Position numbers and translations under genes: made by a program. A model generated the notes under the pieces. The model saw only the letters and a list, made by a program, of their open reading frames with translations. It did no database searches and had not been told where the DNA came from. A DNA stretch of 64,000 bases from an uncultured Acidobacteriota bacterium (GTDB taxonomy: Bacteria; Acidobacteriota; Thermoanaerobaculia; UBA5066; Gp7-AA6), in assembly GCA_963797495.1 (NCBI GenBank), contig CAWCPN010000002.1, forward strand, positions 532,096 through 596,095, in the 5' to 3' direction. Numbering within the stretch: the first letter of the stretch is position 1; the number at the start of each line of letters is the position of its first letter. Shown piece after piece: positions 61,274 through 64,000 of this stretch.

Positions 61274-62410
61274 ATGGAGTTCCGGGGTCACGCCCTCGCC
61301 GAGCGCGCGCTGACCCTCGCCGGCCGGTACTACACGTCCGCGGACGTCTACGCTCTCGAGGCCCGGGCGATCTTCGCGAAGCGCTGGATCTGCGTGGGAC
61401 GCGCCGACGGCCTGCCGGAGCCCGGCGACTACGCGCTGCGGGAGGCCGCCGGGGAGAGCCTCCTTCTGGTGCGCGGCCGGGACGCGCGGCTTCGCGCCTT
61501 CTCCAACGTCTGCCGGCACCGGGGCACGCGTCTCTGCGAGTCGCCCGGCGGGCGATTCGCGGGCGCGATCCGATGTCCCTATCACGCCTGGACCTACGGG
61601 CTCGACGGCGGGCTCATCGGGGCGCCGCACATGGAAGACGCCCCGGGGTTCGACCGCAGCGAGTATCCGCTGCGCGAAGCCGCGGTGGCCGCCTGGGAAG
61701 GCTTCCTCTTCGTCCATCTCGCCGAAGGCCCGGAGCCGCTCGCGCAGGCGCTGCGGCCCCTCCTCGGGCGATTCGCGCCGTGGAAGCTGTCCGAACGGCG
61801 ATCGGTGCGCCGGATCGAGTACGACGTGGAAGCGAACTGGAAACTCCTGTTTCAGAACTTCTCCGAGTGCTATCACTGCCCGTCCGTGCACCCCGCGCTC
61901 GCCCGGCTCTCCCACTACCGGAGCGGCGCGAACGACCTGCGGGAGGGCCCCGTTCTCGGCGGCTACATGCTCATCGACTCGCCGGGCGGCAGTCTGACGG
62001 TCAGCGGCCGCGCCTGCGGCATTCCCGCCGCAGGGCTGCCGGAAGAGGACCGTCGCCGCGTCTACTACTACTCGGTCTTCCCGTCCCTGCTCCTGACGAT
62101 CCAGCCGGACTTCGCGATGGCGACCCGACTCATCCCGACGGGCGTCGACCGGACGCGCGTCGTCTGCGACTGGCTCTTCTCGCCGGAATCGACGGCGCTT
62201 CCGGGCTTCGATCCGTCGGACGGCGTCGCGCTGTGGGACGCCACGAATCGTCAGGACTGGCACATGTGCGAGCTCGCGCAGAAGGGAGTTTCCTCCCGCG
62301 CCTACGCCCCGGGGCCGTACTCGCGCGAAGAGAGCCTGCTCGCGGCCTTCGACCGGGAATACCTGGACAGTCTCCGCGAGCCGCCGGCCGCGACGCCCTT
62401 CGAGTCCTAG
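61274..62410 (+). CDS. Rieske [2Fe-2S] non-heme-iron oxygenase, alpha-subunit-like
   Basis: CRHRGTRLC...CPYHAW Rieske motif plus a mononuclear-iron catalytic domain (ECYHCPSVH). A longer ORF begins at 61178. Confidence 0.75.
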   Translation: MEFRGHALAERALTLAGRYYTSADVYALEARAIFAKRWICVGRADGLPEPGDYALREAAGESLLLVRGRDARLRAFSNVCRHRGTRLCESPGGRFAGAIRCPYHAWTYGLDGGLIGAPHMEDAPGFDRSEYPLREAAVAAWEGFLFVHLAEGPEPLAQALRPLLGRFAPWKLSERRSVRRIEYDVEANWKLLFQNFSECYHCPSVHPALARLSHYRSGANDLREGPVLGGYMLIDSPGGSLTVSGRACGIPAAGLPEEDRRRVYYYSVFPSLLLTIQPDFAMATRLIPTGVDRTRVVCDWLFSPESTALPGFDPSDGVALWDATNRQDWHMCELAQKGVSSRAYAPGPYSREESLLAAFDREYLDSLREPPAATPFES

Positions 62411-63216
62411 AGAAGGTCGTCCTCGGTCACGATGCCGGCCGCGGCGCGCCGGATGCCGTCCACGACCCCGGCCGGACCCGCAACGACGTTGCCACGCTCG
62501 AGGTAGCGCTTCCCGCCGTCGAAGTCCGAGAGGACGCCACCGGCCTCCTCGACGAGGAGCGCGCCGGCCGCGATGTCCCAGGGCGCCAGCCGGAACTCGA
62601 AGAACCCGTCGAAGACTCCTGCGGCGACGTAGGCCAGATCGAGCGCGGCCGAACCGGCCCGCCGGATCGCGCGCGCCTTCAGGAACACCGCCTTGAAGAG
62701 GGCGACGTACGCGTCGATCCGGTGCCGGTTGCGGAACGGGAACCCCGTCGCGACGAATGCTCCCTCGAGGTCCGGGCGCCCCGTAACGGCCAGCCGCTCG
62801 CCGTTGCGCCAGGCCCCGCCGCCCCGCTCGGCGGTGAACAACTCCTCGCGCAGGGGATCCCAGATCACGGCCGCGACGAGGTCCGGTCCTTCGCGCGCGG
62901 CGATCGACACGCACCAGAACGGAAACCCGGACACGAAATTCGAGGTCCCGTCGAGCGGATCGATGATCCAGACGCGGGCGTCCGCGCCGGAGGCCACCCC
63001 GCGGGCCCCGCCCTCCTCGGCGAGGAACGCGTCCTCCGGGAAGCGGCCCTTCAGCGCCGCGATGATGCGCTCCTCGCTCTCCCGATCGGCGTGGGTCACG
63101 AAATCGTTCTTGTGTTTCTCCTCGACCGATCCGCGCGGCAGGTTGCGCCAGTTGGCGAGGAGAACGCGGCCGCCTTCCAGCGCGGCCTCGACGGCGGCGT
63201 CGAGCAGGCGGCTCAC
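62407..63216 (-). CDS. Inositol monophosphatase family protein (SuhB/ImpA-like)
   Basis: IIDPLDGTSNF, WDIAAG and FTHADRESE motifs. The GTG start overlaps the upstream stop (GTGA). Confidence 0.8.
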   Translation of the reverse strand: MSRLLDAAVEAALEGGRVLLANWRNLPRGSVEEKHKNDFVTHADRESEERIIAALKGRFPEDAFLAEEGGARGVASGADARVWIIDPLDGTSNFVSGFPFWCVSIAAREGPDLVAAVIWDPLREELFTAERGGGAWRNGERLAVTGRPDLEGAFVATGFPFRNRHRIDAYVALFKAVFLKARAIRRAGSAALDLAYVAAGVFDGFFEFRLAPWDIAAGALLVEEAGGVLSDFDGGKRYLERGNVVAGPAGVVDGIRRAAAGIVTEDDLL

Positions 63217-64000
63217 GGCGCGCCTGCCTCGATCCGGCGGAAGCCGTCGACGACGGCCTGCTCGGCCGGGGCGGCGCTCGCATCGAAGCGCGGCCAGTAG
63301 ACGCCGCGCCACCAGGCCTGCCCCGACAGCGCCCGGTACACGGCCTCGATCGCCCGGGCCGCGTCCGCAGGCGAGGCGGGACGGCCCGACCCGTCCGAAG
63401 GCGTCATCCAGGCCGCCTGGACGGGGGGATATCCCGCTCGCGTGAAGACGACGGGCTTTCCGAGCCGCTTCGACAGGTCCATGAGCGGCCGAGCGCCGGC
63501 GCGCGCCCCCTCGACGAGCATCGCGTCGCTGGCCTTCTCGGTGCGCGCGAGGGGCTCGAGGAACTGGACGCCGATGGCGTCGAGGCCGTCCCAGAAGGGG
63601 ACGTCCGCGACGGCGGCGGTCGCGGCCGCCCCGTACGTCAGGGCCGCCCCGGTGGCGAGCCGTGCCGCGGCGATCGCCTGTTTCCACTGGTTTTTCTGTT
63701 CCTCCGTCGACGTCAGCCCCGCTCCGACGACGAGAACGTCTGCCCCGGCCGCCTCCGCCACCACCGCTTCGTGCACCAGAAATCGGCGGTAAGAGTAGAA
63801 CCAATCGGACCACCCGGCCTCGCTCGCCATGGCGATCTCCGCCGCCGGCGATCCTCCGGCCACGACGAGCTCCGGCATGACCGCGGCGGTCATGCCGGCC
63901 GCATGCGCGTCTTCGATGGCGTGCACGACCCCCTCGTCCGTCTCGCCCCGGGCGCCGTGCCGCACGAACAGGATCTCGCTGCCCTCGGGATCGCGCACCA
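63213..64000 (-). CDS. Hypothetical protein, 5' end beyond the window
   Basis: Open frame to the window edge with protein-like composition. No family recognised. Confidence 0.35.
   Translation of the reverse strand, partial: VRDPEGSEILFVRHGARGETDEGVVHAIEDAHAAGMTAAVMPELVVAGGSPAAEIAMASEAGWSDWFYSYRRFLVHEAVVAEAAGADVLVVGAGLTSTEEQKNQWKQAIAAARLATGAALTYGAAATAAVADVPFWDGLDAIGVQFLEPLARTEKASDAMLVEGARAGARPLMDLSKRLGKPVVFTRAGYPPVQAAWMTPSDGSGRPASPADAARAIEAVYRALSGQAWWRGVYWPRFDASAAPAEQAVVDGFRRIEAGAP

Overview
This 64-kb window is high-GC (roughly 70%) chromosomal DNA from a Gram-negative-type bacterium; GldG-type ABC systems, a CIRCE/groESL locus and GGDEF sensors fit an Acidobacteriota/Gemmatimonadota/Myxococcota-like lineage, but the sequence alone cannot place it. 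Coding density is very high, and adjacent genes are frequently joined by GTGA/ATGA start-stop overlaps. No rRNA, tRNA, CRISPR array, transposase or integrase was found.

Content falls into three groups:
- Housekeeping: uvrA, a class A PBP, ftsK, fmt-rsmB, ksgA-rnj-uppP, groESL with its CIRCE operator, and mtgA.
- Envelope and polysaccharide biosynthesis: ugd plus UDP-glucuronate decarboxylase, an O-antigen-ligase-like gene, several GT2/GT4 glycosyltransferases, a polyprenyl-phosphate sugar transferase, a PglD/PglE-like acetyltransferase/aminotransferase set with an ArnC-like GT2, an ArnT-like GT-C protein, two ABC exporters including a GldG/DUF4340 type, and MlaD-like and DUF4097 proteins.
- Signalling and miscellany: two GGDEF proteins, a Ycf46-like AAA ATPase divergent from a pentapeptide-repeat protein, an ArsC-like fusion beside an SPL-type radical SAM protein, lysine 6-aminotransferase, a MEMO1 homolog, a Rieske oxygenase and an asparaginase.

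The most striking pattern is about 40 frame-disrupting indels confined to a few blocks (27.4-31.2 kb, groEL, 35.8-39.0 kb, 55.3-59.2 kb). Every frame segment still encodes a well-conserved protein, and large neighbouring genes are intact. This looks far more like local consensus error (low coverage or strain-variable loci) than biological decay, but the sequence alone cannot prove it. Coordinates may be off by one or two bases in places.
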